A stretch of 63,664 bases of DNA, filler included, from Malassezia furfur (GCA_052055015.1; 19 parts of 19 records of this genome joined end to end with filler, not necessarily neighbours in it), one strand, 5' to 3'. Shown: positions 22,737-34,427, counted from the whole stretch's first letter. The notes: generated by a model from the sequence alone, not told the origin. Numbers and translations are program-made.

Positions 22737-23820
22737 CTACGGGAGCTGCCCTTTGATGTCTACCTTGCGGAAGCGCGCGGCGGCGCGCGCGAGCGGCTCG
22801 ACGGCGCGCTTGGTGTCCCAGTGCGCGCGCGCGGGCGCGTCGGCGTCGGCGGACGGGGTATACAGCGCGGCATCGAGCTTCGCGAGGAACGCATGCGCCC
22901 CGTCCGCCGACGCCCACCCGAGCTCGCCGGCGACGAACGCGAGCGGCACGCTGGGGCGCACGCTCTTGGCGAGCACGAGCAGCGCCTGCACACGCTCGCG
23001 CTCGACAAAGTGGTCCATGATGTACGCGTTCATGTTGGGCGCGTCGCGGTACAGCACAAAGAACGCATGGTAGTTGCCCGTGCGCATCGCCGTGCGCACC
23101 GCCAGCGCATGCGCGACGGGTGCCTCGGCCTGCACCGCGGGCGTGAGCTCGGCCATGAGCGCGTGGACGTCGCGCTGGTTGCGCGTGTGCAAGAGGTACA
23201 AAATGCGGTACGCGAGGAACTCGACGGGGTGGCCCGCCAGGCCGTACGCATACAGGCCGCGCAGCTGCGTCTGGCACTGGTTGTACTCGCCCAAATCGCC
23301 CATCTCGAGCGCGATGCGCGCGTGCGTCTCGTAGACCCGCACGGTGAACTCGTTCTTGATCCGCTGCACCGTCAAGTCCTGCCGCATGCTCTTGAACTGG
23401 TCGCACGTGTACGCATAGTTCTTCTCGGCCTCCCACTTGGACGTGAGCAGCGCCAGCGTCCGCTCGAGCGTCGCGAGCGGGCGCACCGTCTTGGGGTCCG
23501 GCGCCGAGGTGAGCCGCAGGTAGGGCTTCTCGAGCTTCGTCGAGGTGCCCACCACCGTGTACTCGTCCCAGTCGATCACGTTGGGGTCCGCGGTGGGGGG
23601 CGCGGGCGTGGCGCCCAGGCGCCCGCCGAGCGCCGTCGTGGCCAGCGCCGCGTGCATGTCCTCCGCCTGCGCGCGCTCAAACGCCGCCTGCTCCTCCTCG
23701 AAGCGGCGGAGTCGCATCGCCTTGCGGCTCGGGTCCTCGAACGACGCGGCGGTCTTGGGCGCCTTTTTCTTGCCGCGCGTGGGCGCCGCAACGGGCGGTG
23801 CGGCAGGCGGCACGGCGGGC
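22737..23820 (-). CDS. THP3: SAC3/GANP-family PCI protein Thp3/LENG8, 5'-partial
   Basis: VGTSTKLEKPYLRLTSAPDP, CDQFKSMRQDLTVQ and YETHARIALEMGDLGEYNQCQ. Confidence 0.88.
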
Positions 23821-23920
23821 NNNNNNNNNNNNNNNNNNNNNNNNNNNNNNNNNNNNNNNNNNNNTTAATTAATTAANNNNNNNNNNNNNNNNNNNNNNNN
23901 NNNNNNNNNNNNNNNNNNNN

Positions 23921-24377
23921 CAAGGCGCCCGCCGCCGCCGCGCGCACGCTGCCGCCGCCGCGGCGCAAGGGCATGCTCGGCTCGCTGTCGCAGGCGCTGC
24001 AGAACATGATGGATGTCGATCCGGACAAGACGCGGCAGAACACGATATCGCGGCTACGGGAGGACGTGATGCTGCTCACCGAGGGCGTGCAGCTCGCGGA
24101 GCGCGACCTGGAGGACGCCACCGACACGATCCAGGCGTCGCTCGACCGCTTCCAGCGGCTCAAGGTCGCCGACGTGCGCCAGCTGCTGCTGGAGGCCGCG
24201 CGCGCGCAGCGCGACCTGTGCCGCAGCAACCTCTCTGCATGGCAGCGCGCACACGCCGAGCTCGAGCGCACGCCCGCTGAGGCGTTCGGCTGGATGCCGT
24301 CGGCGCACCTCGCGCCGCCCGGCGCGCACGGCGCCGCGCCGAGCAGCGCGGCGGGCGCCTGGAACATAGATGACTAA
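23921..24377 (+). CDS. SNX41: Sorting nexin Snx41/Atg20-family BAR domain, C-terminal fragment
   Basis: MMDVDPDKTRQNTI...IQASLDRFQRLKVAD...NLSAW. Confidence 0.75.
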
Positions 24378-24496
24378 TCCCCGATCACTTGCTTGCGCGG
24401 CCCCTGGCGCGAAGATAATGCCTCCACATGGGTCTTCGCCCGCATAAAGGCGACCCTCGCAGTGGGCGCCGCCACTTTGCCCCACGATCCACCGCG

Positions 24497-24988
24497 ATGC
24501 AGGTGTTTGTCAAGACGCTCACGGGAAAGACGATCACCCTCGAGGTGGAGAGCAGCGACACGATCGAGAATGGTACGTGGGCGTGCGTGGATGCTGACGT
24601 TGCAGTGAAAGCCAAGATCCAGGATAAGGAGGGCATCCCGCCGGACCAGCAGCGTCTCATCTTTGCCGGCAAGCAGCTCGAGGACGGGCGCACGCTGAGC
24701 GACTACAACATCCAGAAGGAGTCGACGCTGCACCTCGTCCTGCGCCTGCGCGGCGGTGCGAAGAAGCGCTGCCAGAACGGCGCAGGCACCGACCAGCAGT
24801 GCCGCGACGCCGCGATCCAGATCGTCGGGCAGTGCCCGCACTGCGGCCTGAACTTTTGCGGCAAGCACCGTCTGCCTGAGACGCACAAGTGTGCGCAGCA
24901 GGAGCAGGTGCGCAATGCGGCGTTTGCGGCGAACAAGCAAAAGCTGGAGAACGAGCGGACGACCGGGAGCCGGGGCCTCGCGCACTAA
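24497..24988 (+). CDS. Ubiquitin fused to an AN1-type zinc finger
   Basis: Full 76-aa ubiquitin ending LRLRGG (33-nt in-frame intron 24573-24605), followed by [19 protein letters not shown]. Confidence 0.92.
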   Translation: MQVFVKTLTGKTITLEVESSDTIENGTWACVDADVAVKAKIQDKEGIPPDQQRLIFAGKQLEDGRTLSDYNIQKESTLHLVLRLRGGAKKRCQNGAGTDQQCRDAAIQIVGQCPHCGLNFCGKHRLPETHKCAQQEQVRNAAFAANKQKLENERTTGSRGLAH

Positions 24989-25157
24989 TTCCATACCCAT
25001 ACCCTCCCTCTTGCCCTGCCCCCGTCGGCCCGCATGCCCGTGCGTGCGGGCGTGTTTGTAGCTCCTTTGTCCATACGTTTTTGCACGCTCATGTCTCCTC
25101 CACTTGCCCCCGCCAGCGCAGCCACACGCCCGTGCCCTGCGGCCCCCCCACAACAAG

Positions 25158-25167
25158 GTCACGTGAC
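25158..25167. promoter_or_regulatory. Palindromic GTCACGTGAC (Cbf1-type bHLH site) upstream of the aspartate aminotransferase gene
   Basis: Perfect palindrome 63 bp upstream of the ATG; the motif recurs in other intergenic regions. Confidence 0.45.
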
Positions 25168-25230
25168 TCGGGCCCTGATTGCGGGTCGGCGTATCAGCGA
25201 GCTCATTTTGCAACGCTAATTTTGCCTGTC

Positions 25231-26491
25231 ATGATGGACCCGTGGAAGAATGTGCCGCTGGCGCCGCCGGACATGTGCGTGGAGCGCGACTTACGCCAGG
25301 ATCCTGCAGCTCGTCGCTGACTTTAAGAACGACCCGCACCCGAAGAAGGTGAACCTCGGTGTGGGTGCGTACCGCGACGACAACGGCAAGCCGTGGGTGC
25401 TGCCGGCGGTCAAGGCCGCGATCCAGGAGCTGAACGACGACCCCGAGTGGGAGCACGAGTACCTGACGATGACCGGCCTGTCGGACTTCCTGGATGCGAG
25501 TGCGCTGCTGCTCTTTGGCAAGGACAGCAAGGCGCTGAAGGAGAAGCGCATCGTCAGCAACCAGATGCTCAGCGGCTCCGGTGCGCTGCACGTCGGCGGC
25601 GAGATGCTCGTGCGCTACTACGACTTCCCCGAGGGCAAGAAGAAGATCTACGTGTCGAACCCGACGTGGCCGAACCACTTTGCGATGATGCACGCCGTGG
25701 GCCTCGAAACGGAAGAGTACACCTACTACGACCCGGCGACCTTTTCGCTGAACATCGAGGGCTACAAGAAGGCGCTGCGTGCGATGCCCGACCGCAGCGT
25801 GGTGCTGATGCACGCGTGCGCGCACAACCCCAGCGGTGTCGACCCGAGCCATGCGCAGTGGGAGGAGCTGCTGCGCATCTTCCAGGAGAAGGGCCACTTT
25901 GCCTTCTTCGACTGCGCGTACCAGGGCTTTGCGTCGGGCGACCCCGACAAGGACGCGTACAGCGTGCGCCTGTTTGAGGCGAACAACGTCCCGATGCTCG
26001 TGTGCCAGAGCTTTGCGAAGAACACGGGCCTGTACGGCGAGCGTATCGGTGCGCTGCACATCGTTGTGCCGTCGCCCGAGGAGACGAGCAAGGTGCAGAG
26101 CCAGGTGAACTCGCAGCAGCGCAGCGAGATCAGCACGTGCCCCGCGTTTGGCGCGCGCGTCGTCGCCAAGGTGCTCACCGAGCCGAAGCTGCACCAGCAG
26201 TGGCTCGCGGACATCCAGACGATGTCGCACCGCATCATGGACATGCGCAAGGCGCTGCACGAGGCGCTCACGCAAAAGTACAAGACGCCGGGCTCGTGGG
26301 ACCACATCCTCTCGCAGATCGGCATGTTCTCCTTCCTGGGCCTCAACCAGGAGCAGTGCAGCCGCCTCACCGATGAGGGGCACATCTACCTCGTCAAGAC
26401 GTCGCGCATCAGCCTGTCGGGCCTGAACCCGAGCAACGTCGACTACGTGGCCTCGTGGATCGACCGCGTGGTGCGCGAGGCAAAGCTGTAG
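25231..26491 (+). CDS. AAT2: Aspartate aminotransferase, cytosolic/peroxisomal type (C-terminal AKL)
   Basis: VPLAPPDM|IL (25-nt intron 25275-25299), NLGVGAYRD, HACAHNPSG, DCAYQGFASG and QSFAKN.GLYGER. Confidence 0.93.
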
Positions 26492-26503
26492 TCCATAGCC
26501 GCC

Positions 26504-27203
26504 CTACTCGTCGCCCACCGGGGTGGTGGCCTGCCACGCCCCGCCGCACTGCGGGCACGCGCGCCCCGCCTCGGCCGTGCGCCACGCGCGGCACGCGGTG
26601 TGCAGCGCCGCGCGGCACCCCGCCGTGGCGCACTGCTCGCCGTGCGTGACGAGCGCATGGCACGCGACGCACTCGAGCACCTCGTCCTCGGCCTCGTGCC
26701 GCAGGTAGGTGTCGAGCTCGTGGAGCGCGCGCAGGGTGAGTGTGTACGAGCCTGTGGTGTGCGAGAGGTGCACCCAGCCGCGCTCCTCGAGGTTCGTGAG
26801 GAGATCGGCGGCGGCGCGCTTCGTGAGCTGCGCGGGCGCCGCGAGCTGCAGCGCGGCGGTGGAGGGCAGCGCAAAGCGCGGGGCTGTGCGGAGGAGCGCG
26901 GCGATCTGTGTGAGGGAGGCGCGTGTGCACGTACCACCGACTTGATGTATGCGAGCTCGACGGCCGTGTACGGCGTCGCGAGCTCCGCCAGGGCGTCCGC
27001 CTTGGTGTTGACGAGCACGAGGAAGGCGTCGCCGGTGCGCTGGTCGTGGCACGTGCGGACCTCGAGGCCGAGGCGCGCGAGGTCCGTGTGCAGCGTTGCA
27101 AGGGTGGCGTCCAGGTCGTCCGGCTCGCCGCACGCCGCCGCGAGCCGGGCGTGCAGCGCGGCGGCGTCGCGGAACGGCACGACGCGCCGCGCGAGCAGCG
27201 CCT
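26504..27203 (-). CDS. NSE1: Smc5/6 complex subunit Nse1, 5'-partial
   Basis: LVNTKADALAELATPY, winged-helix GW...RALHELDTYL and RING-like CVAC..C..C..H..C..CPQC; intron 26906-26934. Confidence 0.88.
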
Positions 27204-27303
27204 NNNNNNNNNNNNNNNNNNNNNNNNNNNNNNNNNNNNNNNNNNNNTTAATTAATTAANNNNNNNNNNNNNNNNNNNNNNNNNNNNNNNNNNNNNNNNN
27301 NNN

Positions 27304-27906
27304 CTGCGCTCGCACGTGCAGCAGCTCGAGACGCAGCTCGCGCTCAAGGAGCAGGGCGACGCGTCGGTGTCGGCGACCGACATTGAGCTCACGACGCTGC
27401 GCGAGCAGCTCGCACACCTCACCACCAAGCACGAGACCGCCGAGGAAGAGCTTGCCGAGAGCCGCGACGCGCTGCAGCGCGCACACGACGAGGCGCAGCA
27501 GCGCAGCGCCACGAGCGACACTGCGGCCCAGGCGCTCGAGGCGCAGCTGCACGCCGCGCAGGCCGAGGCGCAGCAGCACAAGGACGCGCTGGCGGCCGCC
27601 GACGCCGAGCTTGCGCGCGTGCGCGAGGCACTGCACGCCGAGCAGGCCGCCCTCGAGCACGAGCGCACGACGATCGAGACGATGCGCGCCGCGCCGCACG
27701 ACACCAACACCGCCGAACTCCACGCGAAGATCGCGGCGCTGGAGCGTGCGCAGCGCGAGCAGGCCGAGGCACACGCCAAGGAGATCGCGGAGCTCGAGTC
27801 GCTCGTCGAGTCGCGCATCTTCCGGGAGGACGAGCTAGAGACCGAGATGGAGCAGCTGCGGAGAGAGCGCGACGAGGCGCGGCAGGCGCAGGCGCCCATG
27901 CCATAG
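27304..27906 (+). CDS. Coiled-coil C-terminal fragment, probably CLIP-170/Tip1/Bik1-like
   Basis: Heptad-rich sequence with EIAELESLVESRIFREDELE. Confidence 0.55.
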   Translation: MRSHVQQLETQLALKEQGDASVSATDIELTTLREQLAHLTTKHETAEEELAESRDALQRAHDEAQQRSATSDTAAQALEAQLHAAQAEAQQHKDALAAADAELARVREALHAEQAALEHERTTIETMRAAPHDTNTAELHAKIAALERAQREQAEAHAKEIAELESLVESRIFREDELETEMEQLRRERDEARQAQAPMP

Positions 27907-27919
27907 CGGGAAGAATACG

Positions 27920-28534
27920 TCACGGGTCGCCTTCGAATCCGCCCAGGTCCGTCTGGCGGCTGCGTCAGCACGGCACGTACCGGATGCGCCCAGGGTGCAC
28001 AATCGACGCCGCGGCATACCGTGCGGTGCTGGGGGGGTGCGCCGCAAGCAGCTCGCGGTACTTGGCGCGCTCCGCGTCGAGCGCCGCATGGGACGCACGC
28101 ACCGCCGCCTCCAGCTCGGCCACCTGGCGCTGCGTGTACTCGGTCAGGGCGTGCACGAGGCGCGCGCTGTACACGCTGCTGGCGCGCTCGTTCGCCGGCG
28201 GCGCCTGCACGATGAGCGGCGTCGGGAGCGGCACGCGCACCGTGCACACCTCCTCCGGCACCTCCTGCTCTGTGTCTTCGTCGGGCGTGTCGGGCTCCGA
28301 CAGGGTAAGCGACACGCCCGGCCAGTGCTCCACGACGCGGTGCGCCCACGCCGCGCCGTGAGCGCCTGCCGTGGTGGGCCCCCGGGGCACACGGACAATC
28401 CACCACGACGCACGGCGCGCGTGCTCGCCGACGTTGCGCACGACGCCTATGTGCACGCCGTCGCCCTCGACAAGCACGCTGGCCGTGTACGAGACGCCCT
28501 GCGCGTGCACAATAGCGCTGTGCGCCGTCGCCAT
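27920..28534 (-). CDS. 197-aa protein, candidate PAXX/XRCC4-superfamily NHEJ factor
   Basis: ATG at 28534; 21-nt intron 27960-27980; beta-rich head, short coiled coil, tail SIVHPGRIRRQTDLGGFEGDP*. Confidence 0.55.
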
Positions 28535-28591
28535 GGTCCCTGCACACGCCACGTGCGCGCCGAAAAAATTTGGCGGCTGCTCTCTGCCACG

Positions 28592-30201
28592 ATGGTGCGC
28601 GTGAAGAAACGTGCTAGCAAGCGCCAGACAACCAAGCAGCGCGAGAAGGTGAATCGCAAGGTGCGCGAGCACCACCGCAAGCAGCGCCGCGAGGCTAAGC
28701 GGAATCCGAACCCGCAATGGCGCTCGCGCCGCCGCGACGATCCAGGCATCCCCAACAGCTTCCCGTACAAGGAGCAGCTCCTCAACGAGATCGAGCAGAA
28801 GCGCCGCGTCGCCGAGGAGCAGCGCATGGGCGTGCAGCAGCCCACCGAGGCACAGACCAGCGACGTGTCTGACGACGACGACGAGGAGCACCAGCCTGCG
28901 CCGGGCTACGAAGAGCCGCTCGATCTGCCGCACGCGCCGATGCTGCGCACGCCGCTCGAGGACGTGCTCGCACAGAACAACGACGTCGGCGTGCTGGTGG
29001 TTGCGCTCGATGCGCGCGACCCATCGGCGTTCCGCAGTGCATGGCTCGACGCGCAGCTCACGAAAAAGAGCCCCGAGGTGGTCCTGGCGCTGACCAAGGC
29101 GGATCTGGTGCCCGCCGAGGTGCTAACCGCGTGGGTGTATGCGCTGCTCGACACCAAGCGTGCCGTGTTCCCCGTAAGCGTGCCGCCGTCCACGCAGGCG
29201 CAGGGCATCGACGCACTGGCGGAGTACCTTGCGCCCAAGCTCAAGAAGAAGGCCGCCGCAGTTCTAGGCCTGGAAAACGCTGGAAAGACGGCGCTGGCCA
29301 CCGCGCTACAGGGTGCCTTCCAAGAAAAGGACGGTGATGAGCTCGTGTACGACACGCCGGCCATGATTCCCATGCACGCCTCGGTGCCGGCCCCCGCCGA
29401 CAGCGAGGACGAGGACGAGGAAGACGAGGAAGACGAGGACGATGAGGACGAGGACGATGAGGACGATGAGGAAGATGCACAGAGCGAGCTTGCGCGCTTG
29501 GAAAAGCAGCGGAACAAGCTCCTGTGGATCCTCGCGCGGAATCAGGGCAATCTGCAGCGCTTCAAGGACCCGCCGCAGCTGGTGAGCACGCTGCTTTCGC
29601 GCGTTGCGCACCCCGAAGACCTCATGCTAATCTACGGCACGCCCGCGTTTGGCTCGTTTGTGCCTGCGCAGGCGAGTCTTGACGAGGATGCGCCGGCGGA
29701 CGAGGCGCTGCTGGAGCAGGAGCTGCTGGCGCAGGACAAGGCGCGCGCAGATACCGAGCAGTTCCTCATTGGCGTCGCACGGTCCGTCGGACGGCTGAAG
29801 CGCAAGGGCGTACCGGACACGTTTGGTGCCGCGCGCCGGATTCTGCGCGACTGGTCGCATGCGGGCCTGGCCTACTATGCCAAGCCGCCCGTCACGCGCA
29901 AGGCGGTGCAGACCACGGGCACCAAGGCCGACCAGGCGCGGTGGGACAAGGCGCAGGCGCAGGTGGACCACATTGCCGCGGCGGTGCTGCCCCGGAAACT
30001 GTGGCGCGAGCAGTGGGAGAAGCGCGAGCTGCGTTTGACCGCGCTGCCGCAGGGCCCGCTTGCGGATGAGCCGCTCGTGTTTGCGCCTGTGCCCGACGAG
30101 GAGGACGACGAGGACGAGGACGAGAATGTGCCGGTCTATGGCGGTGACGACGACGAGGAAGAGGTGGATGACGAGGTCGAGGAAGAGGACGAGGAAGAGG
30201 A

Positions 30202-30240
<39 letters not shown>

Positions 30241-30439
30241 GGACGACGAGGAAGAGGAGGAGGAGGAGGAGGAGGAGGTGCCCCCGCCCCAGCCGTCGCG
30301 CAAGCGCCGTGCGCCGGCAGCCGCGCCGTCCAACAAGCGGCGTGCGGCGCCGGCGCCCAAGGCGGCCAAGGCTGACAAGGGTGCGGCGAAGCGCAAGCCC
30401 GCGCCCGGTGAGGCGTACGATCTGAATGCCTATTTCTAG
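28592..30439 (+). CDS. NUG1: Nucleolar GTP-binding protein Nug1/Grn1/GNL3 with degenerate G motifs
   Basis: Basic N-terminus with DPGIPNSFPYKEQLL, LDARDP, TKADLVP, GRLKRKGVPD...AARRILRDW, acidic tail ending YDLNAYF. Confidence 0.85.
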
Positions 30440-30450
30440 CTGTAGCACAA

Positions 30451-30573
30451 CTATACGTCCATGGCCGCGAGCTGCGGCAGCTTGTCTCCCGGAATAAAGT
30501 GGCGCTCGACGCCCTCCTCTGTGATGACCGCCATGCGGATGGTGCCGCCCGACGAGCCGTCGCGGCGCATGGC
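30451..30573 (-). CDS. PRE3: 20S proteasome beta-1 subunit, C-terminal fragment (absent from the ORF track)
   Basis: Manual translation [40 protein letters not shown]. Confidence 0.85.
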   Translation of the reverse strand, partial: AMRRDGSSGGTIRMAVITEEGVERHFIPGDKLPQLAAMDV

Positions 30574-30673
30574 NNNNNNNNNNNNNNNNNNNNNNNNNNN
30601 NNNNNNNNNNNNNNNNNTTAATTAATTAANNNNNNNNNNNNNNNNNNNNNNNNNNNNNNNNNNNNNNNNNNNN

Positions 30674-31182
30674 GGCGCACGCCGCGCACGCCGCGGCGCG
30701 TCCCGGCACCGCCGCCGCTCTCGGCGGTCGACTTGGCGCGGCTCACGACCAAGCACACGAAACAGAACGAGCAGTACACGGTCGAGCTGCACACGCACGA
30801 GCTGCGCATGCCCGGCGCACGCCCGCCGAGCCCGTCGCAGGCGTTCCACATGGACGCACGGCCCCGCACGCCGCACTGGACGCAACCGTGCTGGACCGAG
30901 ACGAACGAGTACGGCGAGCCGGTGCGGCATGCACAGGGCGCGGGCGACGTCGAGCCGTACATCACGCCGCCGCATGGCGCACGGCGTGTGCGCTGGGACA
31001 AGCGGCTGGTGGTGAGCCCGGTGCGGCGGCGCACGCCGCGGGCGCCGCCACGCACGTGTCTCGTGCCAACGGAGCGCTCGCTCGATGCGTTTGGCAATGT
31101 GTCCCGCACCGGCGCAGCAGGCGCGCGGCGGCGTACGGTGGTGGTGAAACGAGTCGTGTATGAGGAGGACGAGGAGGAGTAG
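30674..31182 (+). CDS. Hypothetical protein, C-terminal fragment
   Basis: Coding-biased frame with GARPPSP, RVRWDKRL, LDAFGN and VKRVVYEED. Confidence 0.55.
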
Positions 31183-31248
31183 CCCCGGAACTATGTACCT
31201 GTACAAACGCTTTCCTTTTTTTTTTTGTAGTTTCTGCGCGCAGCGTGG

Positions 31249-33938
31249 CTACGTCGCCTCCTCGTTGCGGGGTGCGCCGTCGGTGTCAGCGTCGGCCATG
31301 GCCGCCATCGCGCCAATGACATCCTCGACGTCGCCGACGTGCCAGTCCGCGAGCGTGCGTTTCGATGCGGCGCCGACCGTCATGGTAAACATCTGGTCGC
31401 GATGCAGCTTGATCTTGCGGGGGCCTTCGGAGCGCGAGGCCGTCGCGCGGTTCAGCGGCGTCGGCGGATCGACGACGATGTTGTCGAGCGTCGGTGCGTC
31501 GTCGTCCGCATTGCCGTGTCCGTCCTCGCTGACGTCGGACGAGAGGCCCGAGAGGAAACGGAACATGTCCTCGTCGGTTTTGTCGTCGCCCGCACAAAAG
31601 ACAAACTCCGTGTCGGGGTTGCCGTACAGGATGCGGTGCACAATCTCGCCCTTGTTGATCGCGAGAGGGCGCACCTCGACGTTCTTCTTGCCGACGATCA
31701 CCTCGACCTCCAGCTCGTTCTGGGAGAGGATGTTGTCGAGGAGCGACTGGCAGTCCTTGGCCTGGAACGAGCCAAAGTCGGGGTCCGCGTTGCGGTAGTG
31801 CCACACGATCGAGCTTTTCTTTTCCTCGATCATGCTGCCGATCGTGCGGTCGGTGTAGTAGCGGAACACGTTGAGCACGTCCGACTTCCACGACATGTCC
31901 AGCTCCGCCGAGAGGTTCTGCCACTTCTTCCCCGTGCCGTGCTCCTTGAAGTAGCTGCCATGCTCGGCCGACAAACCGATCGCAGGCAGCTGGTCAAAGT
32001 GCTTGCGCAGGAACGCCTCGTCGCGCCCCGAGATGATGTACAGCACGTTGCGCGGATCCTCGGACAGGACACGCAGCGCGTCGAGCAGGCGCTGCGACGG
32101 CACCGCGCGCTCGGGGTCCTTGACGATCGGCGTGAGCGTGCCGTCGTAGTCGAGCAAAAAGAGGCGCTTGCGCGCCGGGCGGTACTTGCGCAGCATCGCC
32201 GCGCGGTCAAACACGGGCGTCGCGTGTGCCGAGTAGCGGTGGCGCAGACGCAGCAGCATCTGCTGCACGAGCGACAGCGCCCACGTGTGCGACGTCTGTG
32301 ACACCACCGCGTGGTAGCACTCACGGTGGCGCTCGGCGCGCTCGGCCTCCGACAGGCGCAGGCCGTGGTCGATGGCGTTGGCCACGCCGCGAATGTCCCA
32401 CGGGTTGATCTGGATCGCGGCAGGCAGGCGCCCGGCCGTGCCGGTGAACTCACTCAGGATGAGTGCGCCGCGCTTGTGGTGGTGCTGGCACACGACGTAC
32501 TCCATCGACATGGTGTTCATCCCATCGCGCACCGACGTCACCAGCGCCAGGTCCGCCACGGACAACAGCGCATAGTACTCGTCGCGGTCGATCAGCTGGT
32601 GGTAGTGCTGCACGGGCGTAAAGCTCAGCGAGCCAAAGTCGCCGTTGATCAGGCTCACCAGCTCGCTCACCTCGCGCTCGAGCTTCGCGGAGGAGTTCAT
32701 CGCGGGGATCGTCACCTGGATCAAGACGACCTTTTCGCGCCACGCGGGGAAGTGCAGCAGCAGCTCGTAAAATGCCTGCAGCTTCTGGATCACGCCGCGC
32801 ACCACGTCGAGCTTGTCGCAGCCGACCAGCACGTGCTTATCCGCATACAGCTCCTGCAGCTGCGCCATCTTGGGCGCCACGCCGGGCGCGCGGCTGTCGT
32901 GCTCGACGCGCGCGACGTGGATGCCGATCGGGCTGTAGGAGACGTGCGTCACGCGCCCATTGTACGACTCGACGCTCGCGCCCTGCACCTCGAAGCCGCT
33001 GATGCGCACGCAGCTCGAAATAAAGTGGCGCGCGTACGAGCGGTTCTGGAACACGCACAAGTCCGCACCGAGCATCCCGTCAATCAGGTCGCGCCGCTGC
33101 GGCAGGCACCGGAAAAACTCGCTCGAGGGGAACGAGGAGTGCACAAACAGGCCAATGTGCGCCTCGGGCACACGCTTGCGCACCAGCTCGGGCACCAGCA
33201 GCAGGTGGTAGTCATGCACCCACACAATGTCCCCGGGGCGGTACTCGGCCGCGACGCGCTCGGCAAACGCCTCGTTCACCTGCACGTACGCCTCCCAGCT
33301 GTACTGGTCCCAGCGCGTGCGGTCCGCGTCATCGCGCCACAGCAGGTAGTGGAAGAGCGGCCAGAGCGTCGACTTGCAGTAGCCCTCGTAGTGCGCCCGC
33401 CGCGTGCGGTAGTCCAGCCACACGGGCACGTACTTGATCCCGTGCCGCGGCGGCGCCGCGGCCTCTTCCGCCGCGGGGCCCATACGCAGCCCGCCCTCAT
33501 GCAGCGTCCACGCAGCACGGTCCTCGAGCGAGGCCAGCACTTGCTCCATCTCGCGCCGCTCGTCGTCGGTCGCTTGGCTCACGTCGGTGCGCTCGTCGTT
33601 GTGCGCCTGCGCAGCAAACAGCACGTTTTCGGGGCACGCAATGTAGGTCTGCGCATGCGTGGCACACAGCGCATACACGCCGCTGTTCAGCGCCGCACTC
33701 ACGCTCGTCAGCGAAAGGTACCACGGCGGACGCGTCGGCACCGTCGCCTCGGGCGGCGTCGCAGGACTCGCCTGGTCGCTGATCCCACTTTCCTGCGGCA
33801 TCCACGACGGCATGTCGATCTCGACGCTCGAGCTCGACGTGTGCGTATAGCGCGAGTTGCGGCGCGACGCAATCGGCGAAAAGCGGTCGTCCTCGGACGC
33901 CTCGCTCGTATCGTCCACCACCTCGGTCATCATCCACG
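31249..33938 (-). CDS. TPS2: Trehalose-6-phosphate phosphatase (GT20 plus HAD domain), 5'-partial
   Basis: LWPLFHY, WVHDYHLLL, FPSSE, RDGMN, LLDYDGTLTPIV and CAGDDKTDEDMF. Confidence 0.93.
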
Positions 33939-34038
33939 NNNNNNNNNNNNNNNNNNNNNNNNNNNNNNNNNNNNNNNNNNNNTTAATTAATTAANNNNNN
34001 NNNNNNNNNNNNNNNNNNNNNNNNNNNNNNNNNNNNNN

Positions 34039-34415
34039 GCATCGATGACATTGTCGTGCCGATCCGTGTGCCGAACCGGGAGGGAGAGGAGCGGCCGAAG
34101 AAGCTTGCGCGGCTGCAGTACCAGTGCCGCAAGCGCGGCACGCTCGAGACCGATCTGATCCTGAGCACCTTTGCGCTCAAGGAGCTGCCGTCGCTCTCGG
34201 ATGCCGAGCTCGACGAACTCGACAGCCTGCTGGACGAGCCAGACTGGGACATTTTCTACTGGTGCACCGACCGCAAACCCGTGCCGCCCGCGTGGAAGGA
34301 GTCGTTCATGACCGAGGGCCGCTTGGGCCACTGCCTGCGTCTGCACACGCGCAACGACGAGCGCACGGTGCGTCGCTTCCCTGAGCTATCGTCCGAGATT
34401 AAGTCGCCTGCCTAG
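34039..34415 (+). CDS. SDH5: Succinate dehydrogenase assembly factor 2, 5'-partial
   Basis: RLQYQCRKRGTLETDLILSTFA...LLDEPDWDIFYW. Confidence 0.92.
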
Positions 34416-34427
34416 ATGCTACCAGTA

